Shown piece by piece: positions 18,528 through 29,400 of a DNA stretch of 64,000 nt. A program made the translations under genes and the position numbers. The stretch covers positions 11,116 to 75,115 of the forward strand of contig JAVZBY010000004.1 in assembly GCA_038874655.1 (NCBI GenBank), given 5' to 3'. The first letter of the stretch is position 1, and every line of letters starts with the position of its first letter. This DNA is from Candidatus Woesearchaeota archaeon. GTDB taxonomy: Archaea; Nanobdellota; Nanobdellia; Woesearchaeales; GW2011-AR15. The notes below the pieces were generated by a model. That model was not told the origin of the DNA. It ran no database searches and was given only the letters and a program-made list of their open reading frames with translations.

Positions 18528-18937
18528 ATTTTGATACATTATTAGAAAAAGGCATTGTAAAAAAGATTATTCCAAATAAATTAAGAGCCAATAGTTTAAT
18601 TATTGCTTCAAAACAAGCAATTGAAACAGCAAAATTAATTGAGATTAATAATAATACCTTAAAATCAATATTAAGAGAATTATATGAAGGATTGAGACAA
18701 TATTGTGAGGCACTTGGTTATTTAAGAGGATATAAATTTTTAGACCATGAATCCATAACTTATTTTTTAAAAGATATTTTAAAAGAAGAGAGTTTATCAA
18801 AAAGATTTGATAAATATAGAAAATTAAGAAATGGGATTAATTATTATGGCGATGATATAGATATAGAAACAATTAAAGAAGCTTTAATAGAAATTCCAAA
18901 AATAATAAAAGATTTAGAAAAACATAAAAAAACATAA
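18524..18937 (+). CDS. HEPN-domain protein, partner of the preceding MNT
   Basis: All-helical ~137-aa protein with an R-N-G-x-x-Y-Y-G block in the Rx4-6H position. Classic MNT-HEPN gene order. Confidence 0.55.
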   Translation: MNFDTLLEKGIVKKIIPNKLRANSLIIASKQAIETAKLIEINNNTLKSILRELYEGLRQYCEALGYLRGYKFLDHESITYFLKDILKEESLSKRFDKYRKLRNGINYYGDDIDIETIKEALIEIPKIIKDLEKHKKT

Positions 18938-18998
18938 TAAATTATTAATCTCGTAAATTAAAAAAAAGAATAAACTTAATGCAACTTAATGCAAAAAA

Positions 18999-20138
18999 TT
19001 AATCTACAAACTCTATTCCTAATTCTGATTCAATGTCCTTTTTCTTTTTCTCTGCCAACTTTTTACTAGAACCAAAGATTTGTGAGCTTTTTACTCCTGT
19101 AATTATTAAAATTGTTCTTATAGTGCCTTCTAAATCTTCTGAAATTTGCGCTCCCCATATAACTCTTGCATCTTCATCTAATTTTGTTGAAACAGTTTCT
19201 ACAACTTTTCTTGCTTCTTCTAAGGTCATATCTGGTCCGCCTGCAACATTTATTAAGGCTCCAGTTGCACCGCTAATATCAACATCCAATAATGGATTTT
19301 CAATTGCTTTTTGCACTGCTTCAATAGCCCTATTTTCAGAATCAGATTCACCTACACCAATCAAAGCAACTCCACCAGAGCCCATTATTGCTCTTATATC
19401 TGCAAAATCCAAATTAACTAAACCTGTTTTTGTTACTAATTCTGCAATACCTTTAACTGCATTTGTTAAGATTTCATCAGCAACCTTAAATGCTGTATGT
19501 AATGGTAAATCTGGTGCTAATTCTAATAATTTATCATTTGGAATAACAATTAAAGTATCAACATTTTTTTCTAATTTTTCTAAACCTAAAACAGCATTTT
19601 CATATCTTCTATTTCCTTCCATGGAAAAAGGCATTGTTACTATGCCTACAACCAAGGCACCTAATTTTTTAGCAACTTCGGCAACAACAGGCGCGGATCC
19701 AGTTCCTGTTCCTCCACCTAAACCACATGTAATAAAAACCATATCTGCTCCTTGTAAAGCGTTTTTTATCTCTGCTTCTTGTTCTCTAGCAGCTTCTTCA
19801 CCAATTTTTGGAATACTTCCTGCACCTAATCCTTTTGTCAATTCTTTTCCAATCAAAATTTTTTTATCTGCTGCTGTATACAATAAATCTTGTGCATCTG
19901 TATTTATAGCAATTGTCTCTGCTCCAGTAACACCCACTTCTGTAATTCTATTAATAGTATTATTACCTCCACCACCACAACCAACTACCTTTATAGTTGC
20001 TCTTTGTTTTGCCAATAATTCTTCTAATTCTTTATCAATAGCACTTTGTTTCATATGCTCAATAGAAACACCTTTTGGTGATAAAGAAGCCCTTTGTGTT
20101 CCTGATTTTATTATACTATCCAATATAAACACCTCCAC
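18999..20138 (-). CDS. ftsZ: Cell division GTPase FtsZ
   Basis: GGGTGTG tubulin signature and the full FtsZ fold sequence. Confidence 0.9.
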   Translation of the reverse strand: MEVFILDSIIKSGTQRASLSPKGVSIEHMKQSAIDKELEELLAKQRATIKVVGCGGGGNNTINRITEVGVTGAETIAINTDAQDLLYTAADKKILIGKELTKGLGAGSIPKIGEEAAREQEAEIKNALQGADMVFITCGLGGGTGTGSAPVVAEVAKKLGALVVGIVTMPFSMEGNRRYENAVLGLEKLEKNVDTLIVIPNDKLLELAPDLPLHTAFKVADEILTNAVKGIAELVTKTGLVNLDFADIRAIMGSGGVALIGVGESDSENRAIEAVQKAIENPLLDVDISGATGALINVAGGPDMTLEEARKVVETVSTKLDEDARVIWGAQISEDLEGTIRTILIITGVKSSQIFGSSKKLAEKKKKDIESELGIEFVD

Positions 20139-20301
20139 CCATTAAAATAAAAATTTACTAATAAAAAATTTATAATTACTTAATTGTAGTGCTAATATTT
20201 AAACTTTTATATTTCAAACTATATTCAAAACCTCTTTTTTAATAAAAATGAAAGATTAATAACAAATTAATAGTTAAACAAAATATTTATTTAATTATTT
20301 T

Positions 20302-21033
20302 TTAATTATTTTTTTTTTCGCTTGTTGTTTCTATTGCCTTTTCATTATGTGCTTCACTATGCTTTTTAGAAACATCTTTTATCTCTGGAATTAATTTTAA
20401 AATTCTCTCTTTAATTGCGTTTAAAACTTCATCAGGAATCTTTTCATCAATAACTAAAATTTCATTTTCTATCTTCATCTCTGGTAAAAAATTAAACTCG
20501 TTTTTCAAAACAGCTTTTGCTTTTTCTAATGGCTCATCTATTTTTTTATTGACTTTTATGTGATATTTTACTCTTTTTCCAGCTAATGGATGGTTAAAAT
20601 CAACTATTACTCTACCGCCTGAAACACTTCTAACAACACCATACATATTATCAACATTAACCTCTAATCCTGGAAAAGGATTTATCTTTTCTTTTAAAAA
20701 AACTTTCATTGGTAATAATTTTAATAATTGTGCATTTTTCTTTCCAAATGCATTTTCAGGTTCTAGTTCAATATCAAATGTTGAAATACCTTTTTCCTGT
20801 ATTGCTTTATCTAGTGAATTTAAGATATGATTTTCACCTAAACAAATTACTACTGGCCCAAAATTTCCTTGTCTTGTTAATCCAGAAGATTTTGCTAAAT
20901 TTTCATCAGTAGTATCAAACAAAGTATTATCTTCTAATCTTCCTGTGTATTCAATTTCAACAAAATCATGAACTTTTAATTTTAAATCTGAGATTGATTC
21001 AGATTTTTCTTCAGTATGGTTTGTTTTTGTCAT
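20302..21033 (-). CDS. FKBP-type peptidyl-prolyl cis-trans isomerase (long archaeal form with IF insert)
   Basis: FKBP core VEIEYTG..LFD plus an IF-domain insert and a C-terminal helical extension. Confidence 0.75.
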   Translation of the reverse strand: MTKTNHTEEKSESISDLKLKVHDFVEIEYTGRLEDNTLFDTTDENLAKSSGLTRQGNFGPVVICLGENHILNSLDKAIQEKGISTFDIELEPENAFGKKNAQLLKLLPMKVFLKEKINPFPGLEVNVDNMYGVVRSVSGGRVIVDFNHPLAGKRVKYHIKVNKKIDEPLEKAKAVLKNEFNFLPEMKIENEILVIDEKIPDEVLNAIKERILKLIPEIKDVSKKHSEAHNEKAIETTSEKKNN

Positions 21034-21147
21034 TCTTTTAAAGTAGATTAGATGTATATTTAAATAATTTACTTAAAAAGGGAACAAATTAAAAATACAA
21101 AAAATACAGAAAAATTAATAAAACTTAAAAATTTTAATATTATAATT

Positions 21148-22956
21148 TTGGATGAAAAATTGAATAAAAAAAAAGAAACTTCACTCTTGTATTTAGTTGG
21201 ATTTATATTTTTATTAGATATAAATATAGTTTTAGCACAATCATCTGGACAAAGTTTTGTTAGAGCATTAAATCCTTTCTGGAATTTAATTTCATATATA
21301 TTTAAAGATTTACTACAACCCTCTACAAGGTACATATTTTTTAAATTTTTAGTTTGGATGCTATTATGGATTTTTTTAATGCTACTAGCTCCAAAAGCAT
21401 TAGAATCTTTAAAAGCTGACAATGACACAGCAAAAAAACAAGCAAACATAATTACATTTATTCTAGCTTTAATAATGACAATTGGAATTCCTAATGCTGC
21501 ATTAGAGTTAATTTTTAGTTCTTATGCTTTTTTAGGTTTTCTTTTTATTATGTTTATAGGACCAGCACTTTTTATAGGTGGTAAAACGCCACAAAATAAC
21601 TTTGCTAGAGGAGGAATTTTTATATTAATTGGAATAATAATATATGCTTATGATAGTTTTGCTTCAAATTTAAGTGATATTTTTATCTTAGGAGCAACTT
21701 TATCTATAATATATGGGATAATAATGTGGATTAATGGCTTATCCATAGGTGGATCTTTAACAGGAATAAGTAAAAAAGAGCCCAGTAATCCAAAAGATCC
21801 AATAACAAATAAAGAAATAGAACAAGAAAAAGACTCTGAATTAAAAAAATTAAAACAAGAGATTAAAGCACTTTTTGAGTTAAATAGGGAATTTTCAAAA
21901 GATGTTGAGGTAATTCAAAATAATGTTTCAGATTTAAGAAAGAAAAATATATTATCATTAAAAAGAGAATTAAATCTAGAGCAAAAGAAACAAAGATTAA
22001 ATAATGTAGAAGCTCAATTTTCTGTTCCTTTAGAAAAGGTTAATCCTATTATTCAAATTATACAAAACATAAAACAAAATCCAAAATTTTCACAATTAGG
22101 CTTTTTTGACAAAAAAAAACCTATGTCCGGGTTTGATAATGTCGTAAAGTCATTTATAATTAATTATAAAATTCTTATTAGCTTATTAAGAGATTATGCA
22201 CTTTATAAAGGCGAGTTATTAAGTGAAAAAGAAGAAAATTTACATAACATATTAAAAGAACATATTGATAAATTAAAAAAAACTTTTGAGATTGTTGGAA
22301 AAACAGCTGATTCTGAAACATTAAAATTAGAAGCACAAATAAATAATTTAGAAAATGAGATTGTTGCGGCAATACAAAAAGGAAAAAAGCAGAAAAAAGA
22401 GAAATTGCTGAAATTAATAAGTGATTTAGAAAATGATTTCAATAATATGGACACAGAATTAAAAAATTATGGCTCTTTAATTGATAGTGAAATCAAAAAG
22501 ATTAATGAATATATTAATGCTGATGATTTAAGAAAAAACCAGATCATATCCGAAATAAAAAATAATTTAAGTAAATTCCAAAATGCTTTTAACTCTGGTT
22601 TGAGATATTTAAGAAATATGACAAGAAAAGGCATTAAAGAAGAAAAAAAATTTCATCAGAAAATTATCGAAATAAAAGATTATGCTAATTATTTAGAAAA
22701 TGATGATTTAAAAATTGAAAATGCTTACAACACTTGGATTGCATGGGTTAAAGAAATAGAAGAAGAGCTAAAAAAATTAGATGAAATAAATAAAAAAATT
22801 AAAACAATAAACTATGAAGCAGATCTTATAAATTTATTTAAGCAAGAAGAACAATTATTATCAAAATTTTATCAATCAATCCAAAAGTCAGAAAGTGTAT
22901 GCAAAGCATTATTAGAAGGCTATAGAAAATTAGCCAATGAAGTTCAAAATTTATAA
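21148..22956 (+). CDS. Signal peptide plus multi-TM N-domain plus long coiled-coil protein (paralogue 1)
   Basis: TTG start. Signal peptide ending VLAQSS. About 200 aa with four or five TM helices, then ~400 aa of coiled-coil-like K/E/N-rich heptads. The N-domain aligns to the next gene. Confidence 0.5.
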   Translation: MDEKLNKKKETSLLYLVGFIFLLDINIVLAQSSGQSFVRALNPFWNLISYIFKDLLQPSTRYIFFKFLVWMLLWIFLMLLAPKALESLKADNDTAKKQANIITFILALIMTIGIPNAALELIFSSYAFLGFLFIMFIGPALFIGGKTPQNNFARGGIFILIGIIIYAYDSFASNLSDIFILGATLSIIYGIIMWINGLSIGGSLTGISKKEPSNPKDPITNKEIEQEKDSELKKLKQEIKALFELNREFSKDVEVIQNNVSDLRKKNILSLKRELNLEQKKQRLNNVEAQFSVPLEKVNPIIQIIQNIKQNPKFSQLGFFDKKKPMSGFDNVVKSFIINYKILISLLRDYALYKGELLSEKEENLHNILKEHIDKLKKTFEIVGKTADSETLKLEAQINNLENEIVAAIQKGKKQKKEKLLKLISDLENDFNNMDTELKNYGSLIDSEIKKINEYINADDLRKNQIISEIKNNLSKFQNAFNSGLRYLRNMTRKGIKEEKKFHQKIIEIKDYANYLENDDLKIENAYNTWIAWVKEIEEELKKLDEINKKIKTINYEADLINLFKQEEQLLSKFYQSIQKSESVCKALLEGYRKLANEVQNL

Positions 22957-22976
22957 ATACATTTATGTGAATAAAA

Positions 22977-24548
22977 ATGCTAAAAGAACAAAAAAAGATT
23001 TTAAAATTTTCATTTTTATTATTGGTTGGTTTCTTAATTATAGATTTTGTCAGTGCTCAAACCACATATAGAGCATTAAAACCTTTTTGGGATTTTATTG
23101 CTTATATATTCAGTGTTTTACCTAGTGGCACAACAAAGTATGTCTTTTATAAATTTATTATTTGGATGTTATTAGCTTCTGTTTTAATATTACTAGTTCC
23201 AAATTCATTAGCTTTTTTGAGATCAGAAGATCCAACAGTAAAAAAGAATGCAAAAATTATTGCTTGGATTTTATCATTAATGATGTCAATTGGAATTCCA
23301 AATTCTATATTAGATTTAATTTTCAATTCTTATTCCCTTATTGGTGCATTTTTATTGTTAGCTGTTGGTCCTGCTTTAATATTTGCACTCACAAACAAAA
23401 GTAATAGAAGATTAAGAGGAATTGCTTTTTTAGTTTCTGGTGTTTTATTAATGATATTCGCTACTACAGGAACAGTTAATGAATGGCTAAATTTATGGGA
23501 TTTACTAGACTGGATTAATCTTGGTGGTTTCATAATGATGATTATAGGATTAGTAATGATAATACAAGGTGATGAAAAAACTATTACTAATGATGAACTA
23601 AATAGTTCTAATTCCTCAAATAATGATTATAATCAAAATCCAATTCAAAATCATGAAACATTTGAAAAAGAAAAAGCAAAAAACTCTTTGCATCTGATTG
23701 ATGAAATATTAAATGAGATTAATGAATTTAATAATAAATTAGTTGAGAAAATTAGCTTAATTGAAAATGAAATTAACGATTATAGAAATGAAATAAAAAT
23801 ATTAGAAGAATTACTCCAAAAAATAAAAGAATTAAAAGAAAGAATATCACATGTTTCAATTATAAATGATCACCTTTCTGATGAAAAAGCAATAAAGGGA
23901 TTGAAAGAAGAAATAGAAAATAAATTAAATTTAGGTTCTGGACACAATATAACAACTGCTATTAGAGATTTAAAAACATTAGAAAAACATTTATCAACAA
24001 TAGATCAACATATTGTTGAATTACAAAGAAAACAAAATACATTGATAACAAAATCTAAAAATAATTTATGGAATGTTGATAATTCATTAGAAGGACAAAC
24101 TTCAAATCAAGATTTAGCTAATCTAATACAAGAAACAAGACACTTAATTAGAGATATAGTATCAAAAATTGATCAAATAAAAAAAATAGAGCATTTGAAT
24201 GAAAGAGCAGAATCCCAAATAATAGAACAAAATAGAAATGAGATTATACAAGGGAGTAATATAGATAGTTTAATTAATGCTATAAAAACATTATGTGATG
24301 AAGTTATAAATAAGAAAAATAATAATAAATTAAATTCATTAAAAACAAATATAACCCATTTACTACATTTTTTAGAAACACAACCAAATCATAGTTCTCC
24401 TGGAGGTAAAATAGCACATAAATTAAGAATACATGAAACCTTACAACAAATATCAAGAAATATAAATGAAGAAGGTAAAATATCAGATGAAATAATAAAT
24501 GAACTAAATCAATTAAAGCAACAACTACAAGTAATTTCTAAGGAATAA
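22977..24548 (+). CDS. Signal peptide plus multi-TM N-domain plus long coiled-coil protein (paralogue 2)
   Basis: Signal peptide ending VSAQTT. The N-domain matches paralogue 1 (RALxPFW, KYxFxKFxxWMLL, MxIGIPNxxLxLIF, GPAL). Coiled-coil C-terminal region. Confidence 0.5.
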   Translation: MLKEQKKILKFSFLLLVGFLIIDFVSAQTTYRALKPFWDFIAYIFSVLPSGTTKYVFYKFIIWMLLASVLILLVPNSLAFLRSEDPTVKKNAKIIAWILSLMMSIGIPNSILDLIFNSYSLIGAFLLLAVGPALIFALTNKSNRRLRGIAFLVSGVLLMIFATTGTVNEWLNLWDLLDWINLGGFIMMIIGLVMIIQGDEKTITNDELNSSNSSNNDYNQNPIQNHETFEKEKAKNSLHLIDEILNEINEFNNKLVEKISLIENEINDYRNEIKILEELLQKIKELKERISHVSIINDHLSDEKAIKGLKEEIENKLNLGSGHNITTAIRDLKTLEKHLSTIDQHIVELQRKQNTLITKSKNNLWNVDNSLEGQTSNQDLANLIQETRHLIRDIVSKIDQIKKIEHLNERAESQIIEQNRNEIIQGSNIDSLINAIKTLCDEVINKKNNNKLNSLKTNITHLLHFLETQPNHSSPGGKIAHKLRIHETLQQISRNINEEGKISDEIINELNQLKQQLQVISKE

Positions 24549-24660
24549 GAAGAAAATATTTTTTAAAAACCCAAACTTTTATAAACTCTAATTTTCTTAA
24601 AAAAATATAAAATAAAAATTTAAAATCAAATCAAAGATTAAATCATAAAAGAGGTGCAAA

Positions 24661-25368
24661 ATGGAAATTCAAATTTCTAAAAAAATAACAAAACCAAAAA
24701 TAATCCAAGGTTTTCCTGGATTTGGATTAATTGGAACAATAGCAACTGAATTTTTAATTGAACATTTAAATGCTGAAAAAATTGGCTCTTTTATTTATGA
24801 CGAGTTGCCTGCTACAGTGGCAATCCACAAAGAAAAATTAGTTGATCCTATGGGTATATTTTATGATAAAGAATATAACTTGATTATACTTCACACAATA
24901 TTAAATTCCAATGGATTAGAATGGAAACTAGCAGAAAATATATTAAAATTAGCAGATGATACTAACACAACAGAAATCATTTCATTAGAAGGTGTTTCTA
25001 GTCCTACTGTTAACGGTTCTGAAAAAGTTTTTTTCTATACTGAAAACGAAAAAACAAAATCAAAACTAAAAGAAATTGGATTAGAACCATTAAAAGAATC
25101 CATTATTGTCGGTGTATCTGGTGCATTAATGCTAAGATCAAAAATACCTTTAACTTGTTTATTTGCAGAAACAAAAAGCGAAATTCCTGATAGTAAAGCT
25201 GCTTCTAACATAATTAAAGCATTAGACGATTATCTAGGGTTAAAAGTTGATTATCAACCATTATTAAAACAAGCAGAGGAATTTGAGCAAAAATTCAAGA
25301 CAATATTAAAACAAAGCTCTTCTGCAATAAAAGAGAGAGACAGAAAACAGATGAGCTATTTCGGATAA
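24661..25368 (+). CDS. PAC2-family proteasome assembly chaperone
   Basis: The hallmark IQGFPGFGLIGTIA N-terminal motif. About 235 aa. Confidence 0.55.
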   Translation: MEIQISKKITKPKIIQGFPGFGLIGTIATEFLIEHLNAEKIGSFIYDELPATVAIHKEKLVDPMGIFYDKEYNLIILHTILNSNGLEWKLAENILKLADDTNTTEIISLEGVSSPTVNGSEKVFFYTENEKTKSKLKEIGLEPLKESIIVGVSGALMLRSKIPLTCLFAETKSEIPDSKAASNIIKALDDYLGLKVDYQPLLKQAEEFEQKFKTILKQSSSAIKERDRKQMSYFG

Positions 25369-25392
25369 AACTTTAAAATTAAATTTTTTGAA

Positions 25393-26097
25393 TTATTTTT
25401 TATCTTTATTATTTTTCTTTTTAACTTCTCTTTTAATTTCTTTTTTAATAAAATTTACTTTATTAAACTCTTCTTTGCTTTTTTTATTCTTAATTAATTT
25501 TTCATCTAAACTCTCTTCATCATTAATCTCTTTATTCAATTTTTTTATATCCTTTTCAACATTTTCCAAAAATTTTTGCATTTCTTCATAGGATCTTGGC
25601 TCTAAATAAGAATACAAAAACCTTATAACAACTATCATAAAAAAGAATAATATTACAGCAAAAAAGACACTTAACAAATGAAAGAAGCTTTCATTATTTA
25701 ATAAATCACTATAAACTAAAACAATTGTTATATAAGTAAAAAAAGCAATAACAGATTTAGAAGACATCTTAAAAATTGTTTTTAATGGTAATTTATGGAA
25801 AAAATCATATACAGATACTATTAAAGTAAAAATTAAAAATATAAAAATAACTAATGCCTTTGCTAAATTTAAATCATAGTTTATTAAATATCTGATTAAA
25901 TCAAAATAAACAAAAATAAGAAAAATAGAGCTCTCTAAACTTTTATGATGCCCAAACCCTTCTCTTGGATATTTATAAAAATAGATTTCCATTAATGCAA
26001 TCGCAAAAAATAAAGGCAATAATATCCAAAGCATTTCTTTATAAATTAAAGGTGCATATAAAAATTCTAAAAAAGTACTAAACAAATCATTAAACAT
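25393..26097 (-). CDS. Hypothetical membrane protein with a charged C-terminal tail
   Basis: About six predicted TM helices followed by a K/E-rich tail. Confidence 0.4.
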   Translation of the reverse strand: MFNDLFSTFLEFLYAPLIYKEMLWILLPLFFAIALMEIYFYKYPREGFGHHKSLESSIFLIFVYFDLIRYLINYDLNLAKALVIFIFLIFTLIVSVYDFFHKLPLKTIFKMSSKSVIAFFTYITIVLVYSDLLNNESFFHLLSVFFAVILFFFMIVVIRFLYSYLEPRSYEEMQKFLENVEKDIKKLNKEINDEESLDEKLIKNKKSKEEFNKVNFIKKEIKREVKKKNNKDKK

Positions 26098-26200
26098 AAA
26101 ACTACCTCTTTTTTAAAATTGATAAAATTTTAAAAATTTATAAAAAATAAATTAAATTAGATTATAAATTTTTTGATAAGTCTATTATTAAATATAATAA

Positions 26201-27406
26201 TCATACCAAATAAAATAAAACAGGAATTAATAAACAACCCATTGCATGATTTCTAGCAACACCCTTTAAAGGTGCCAATAATCCTATTGATGTAGCACAT
26301 ATTAAAATTAAAATTCCTATCAATCCATTTAAAATAAAAGACCTAAAGACAATAAATAAAATAACAAATAAAACCATTATTTGATAATTTATCCTTATAA
26401 TTAAACTAGAAAATATTTTAGAAAAATAACAAACCAAAAAAACAGAAAAACTCCCAGAAAAAAGCATAGCAAAAATTAAAATTAAAAAAATATCAAAATC
26501 TAATTTAATCAATTTAGATAATACCACAATAGAACCATCTTTAGCTTTACCTAAAACATAGAAAGTAACTAATGAAAAAACAACACTCATTGTGCCTTGT
26601 GCTCCAACTAAAGCTAAATAAGTTTTATCTTTAATATTTTTTACAAACTGAGAAGCTATTACAGCTCCTTGAGCAGGCCCTAATCCAGGAAAAAATTGGA
26701 TCAAAAAAACACCTATTGAACTACCAAAAATAGAAGAAAAAACTTCTCTAAAAGATATATCTATTTTTTTATCTATTTTCTGCTCAGGAATTTTAGTATT
26801 TTCATTGAAACTTATAATTAACCCTGAAACACCAAATAATCCTGATAAAATTGGAAACAAAGGCTCTTTTAAATTCATAGAAAAAACAATTAAACCTAAG
26901 CATCCAGAAATCAAAAAAATAAAAAAAGCAAGAAAAAAATTTTTTTCTCTTATAATCATATAAAAGATAATTAAACTTAAAAAATAAATAACATAGGGCT
27001 TAAAAAGAGGGTAAAAATTTTTAGCAATAAAAAAAAATAAAGGAATTAATAAAACAGCAAAAATCATTCCTAAAAATGTGCCTAATATTGTTATTTTTAC
27101 TGCCATATAAGCTTCACCTTTTAAAAGCATTTTTTGTCCTGGCAATACACTTAAAGCATTTTCATTTTCTGGTGCTCCTAAATAAACACTTGGAATAGTG
27201 TCTAAAAAAGAATGTGTTATTGAAAGCGAGATAATAAAAACTGCTAATGACAAAGGTTGCAAGTAATTTAACAAAAAAGGAGATAATGCTAACAAAGTAG
27301 TTGCAACTAAATTTACATGTATTCCTGGCATTAATCCTGTAAAAATTCCAATGAAAATTCCTAAAAACATTAAAAAAATAACCTCAATAAATAAAATTTT
27401 AAACAT
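26201..27406 (-). CDS. TctA/DUF112-family membrane protein
   Basis: Polytopic membrane protein. GLMPGIHVN and PGLGPAQGA blocks resemble the TctA family. Confidence 0.45.
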   Translation of the reverse strand: MFKILFIEVIFLMFLGIFIGIFTGLMPGIHVNLVATTLLALSPFLLNYLQPLSLAVFIISLSITHSFLDTIPSVYLGAPENENALSVLPGQKMLLKGEAYMAVKITILGTFLGMIFAVLLIPLFFFIAKNFYPLFKPYVIYFLSLIIFYMIIREKNFFLAFFIFLISGCLGLIVFSMNLKEPLFPILSGLFGVSGLIISFNENTKIPEQKIDKKIDISFREVFSSIFGSSIGVFLIQFFPGLGPAQGAVIASQFVKNIKDKTYLALVGAQGTMSVVFSLVTFYVLGKAKDGSIVVLSKLIKLDFDIFLILIFAMLFSGSFSVFLVCYFSKIFSSLIIRINYQIMVLFVILFIVFRSFILNGLIGILILICATSIGLLAPLKGVARNHAMGCLLIPVLFYLV

Positions 27407-27641
27407 TAATATATTAGTAAAATAATAGTATTTATATTTTTTATTAAAGATAAGAAAATCTTAATTAAAAGTTCAAATATAACAAAAAATAAAAACTCTT
27501 CAATTTAAATAAAAAAATAAATTAAAAAAGACAAAAGCATCACAATAAAAACATATATTTCAATAAAAAAGCATATATTTAAATATTTAAACTACAATTT
27601 AAAATTTGATTATTTTTAATTTAAGTTATAGAGGTGTAAAA

Positions 27642-28058
27642 ATGAAACACTTTTTTAACAAAATAAAAGAAAAAGTTAAAAAATGGGGCTTTGATGACGA
27701 AGCTAATGAAGATGTTGAAGAAGAATATTTAGAATTAGATGCTGCTGTTAAAAAATCTGCATCACAAAAGATTATAGTAAGACCTTTTGTTTTAGATGAT
27801 TTCTCAGATGTAAAAGAAGTTGTTGATACAATAAGAGAAGGTTATTCTATTGCTTTAGTAAATATAAAAGCTTTAAGAGAAAAAGACATGGTTGAATTAA
27901 GAAGAGCAATAAACAAATTAAAGAAAACATGCGATGCAATTGGCGGTGATATTGCAGGATTTGGAGAAGATTATATTGTAGTAACCCCAAGTTTTGCAGA
28001 AATATATAGAACAAAAGAAAATCAAACATCAGAAGTTAAAGAAGAAAAAGAAGAATAA
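27642..28058 (+). CDS. sepF: Cell division protein SepF
   Basis: SD gaggtg 5 nt before ATG 27642. IIVRPFVLDDFSDVKEVVDTIREGYSIALVNIKAL..GGDIAGFGEDYIVVTP matches the SepF/DUF552 core. Confidence 0.65.
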   Translation: MKHFFNKIKEKVKKWGFDDEANEDVEEEYLELDAAVKKSASQKIIVRPFVLDDFSDVKEVVDTIREGYSIALVNIKALREKDMVELRRAINKLKKTCDAIGGDIAGFGEDYIVVTPSFAEIYRTKENQTSEVKEEKEE

Positions 28059-28152
28059 TTCATTACTCTTTTAATTCTTTTTTTTCATTATTATTTATTT
28101 TTTTTAATTAACTTTAATAAACTTTTTTAAGATACAATTATTTTAAGAATTC

Positions 28153-29388
28153 ATGAATTTTAAATGCTCTTATTGTGGTCAATCTAGAATACAACATTTA
28201 AGAAGTTGTCCAAAAGTCTATTCTATAATAAATCAAATTCAATTTAACAAAAAAGCAAAACAAGAATATTTTGGAAAATCACCTAATGTGTTTATTGGAC
28301 ATAATAATTACCCTAATGTAAATATAGGTTTTTTCTCAAATGAAGAAATTCCTGAAAACTCAGACAAACCAAATGAATGGGCTGAAAAAAATTTTAATAT
28401 TCCTAATGTAATAGAAATCAGAAGCAATTTAATAAATTCAAAGTTTAAAGCAAATGTAAAACTCAATGAATTAACAAAAAACAAAGCAATTGCAAAAACA
28501 TTTGATCAAAAATTTTTAGAAATAACCCAAGAAATTTCAATCTCTGAAAAACCTGTTGATGTTGAAGTTTCTTTAGAAAAAAAACCTTCTTTCAATATAT
28601 TTTATGAACAAGAAATAACACCTTTTGGACCAAGTGTGAATTTAAAAAAAGCAAACATTACTGAAAATCCTCATATAAAAAAACCTGTTGAGAAAGTTGT
28701 AAATGACACTGATTTAAAAGCTAATGAAGCAATAAACTATTTATACAAAAAAGGATATGATAATTATTTTTTAACAAAAGTATTTTCATTAGGAAATATT
28801 GGTTTAAAAGAAAACAGAAAAATTGTTCCAACAAAATGGAGCATAACTGCTATTGATGATTCAATTGGAAAAAGCATTATTAATGAAATAAGAGATTATA
28901 ATTATTATGATTATGTTTCTCACTTTGGTTATTATCTAGGGAATTATTATCTAATTTTATTTTTTCCTGAACCTTGGGCTTATGAATTATTTGAAACATA
29001 TATAGGAGATTTAAATAATCCTATTCCTGAACAAACTATGAGTGATTATGAATTGTATAATGGAAGAAAAGATTACGCTGAAAACACAGTTGGCGGATAT
29101 TATGCTGCACGGCTTTCTATTTTAGAATACCTAAAAGAAAAAAAAAGACAAGCCTCTGTTTTAGTTTTCAGATTTATCTCTGATGAATATTATCTTCCTT
29201 TAGGTGTTTGGGTTGTTAGGGAAGCAGTAAAAAAAGCATTAAAAAACAATCCACTAAAATTTAGCTCAAAAGAATTAATGCTAAAATATGCTGAAATTTT
29301 TCTGAAAAAGAAATTCAATTATGACAAATTAAACAACAGCATACTTTTAAGAGAAATAAAAGAGCAAAAAAGATTATTTGATTATTAA
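28153..29388 (+). CDS. Hypothetical Zn-ribbon protein, possibly Nre-family
   Basis: N-terminal CSYCG..C..SCP. About 411 aa, similar in length to archaeal NreA. The family assignment is tentative. Confidence 0.3.
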   Translation: MNFKCSYCGQSRIQHLRSCPKVYSIINQIQFNKKAKQEYFGKSPNVFIGHNNYPNVNIGFFSNEEIPENSDKPNEWAEKNFNIPNVIEIRSNLINSKFKANVKLNELTKNKAIAKTFDQKFLEITQEISISEKPVDVEVSLEKKPSFNIFYEQEITPFGPSVNLKKANITENPHIKKPVEKVVNDTDLKANEAINYLYKKGYDNYFLTKVFSLGNIGLKENRKIVPTKWSITAIDDSIGKSIINEIRDYNYYDYVSHFGYYLGNYYLILFFPEPWAYELFETYIGDLNNPIPEQTMSDYELYNGRKDYAENTVGGYYAARLSILEYLKEKKRQASVLVFRFISDEYYLPLGVWVVREAVKKALKNNPLKFSSKELMLKYAEIFLKKKFNYDKLNNSILLREIKEQKRLFDY

Positions 29389-29400
29389 TTAAAAATATTA

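Noticed and set aside
19033-20145. 370-aa plus-strand ORF entirely antisense to ftsZ
   Set aside because: Low-complexity Ser/Ala/Pro-rich translation mirroring the Gly/Ala-rich FtsZ frame. FtsZ on the minus strand has unmistakable family motifs, so this is a shadow ORF.
21069-21449. 126-aa minus-strand ORF overlapping the start of the first coiled-coil paralogue
   Set aside because: Overlaps a gene with signal peptide and paralogue support. Hydrophobic low-complexity translation typical of AT-rich antisense frames.
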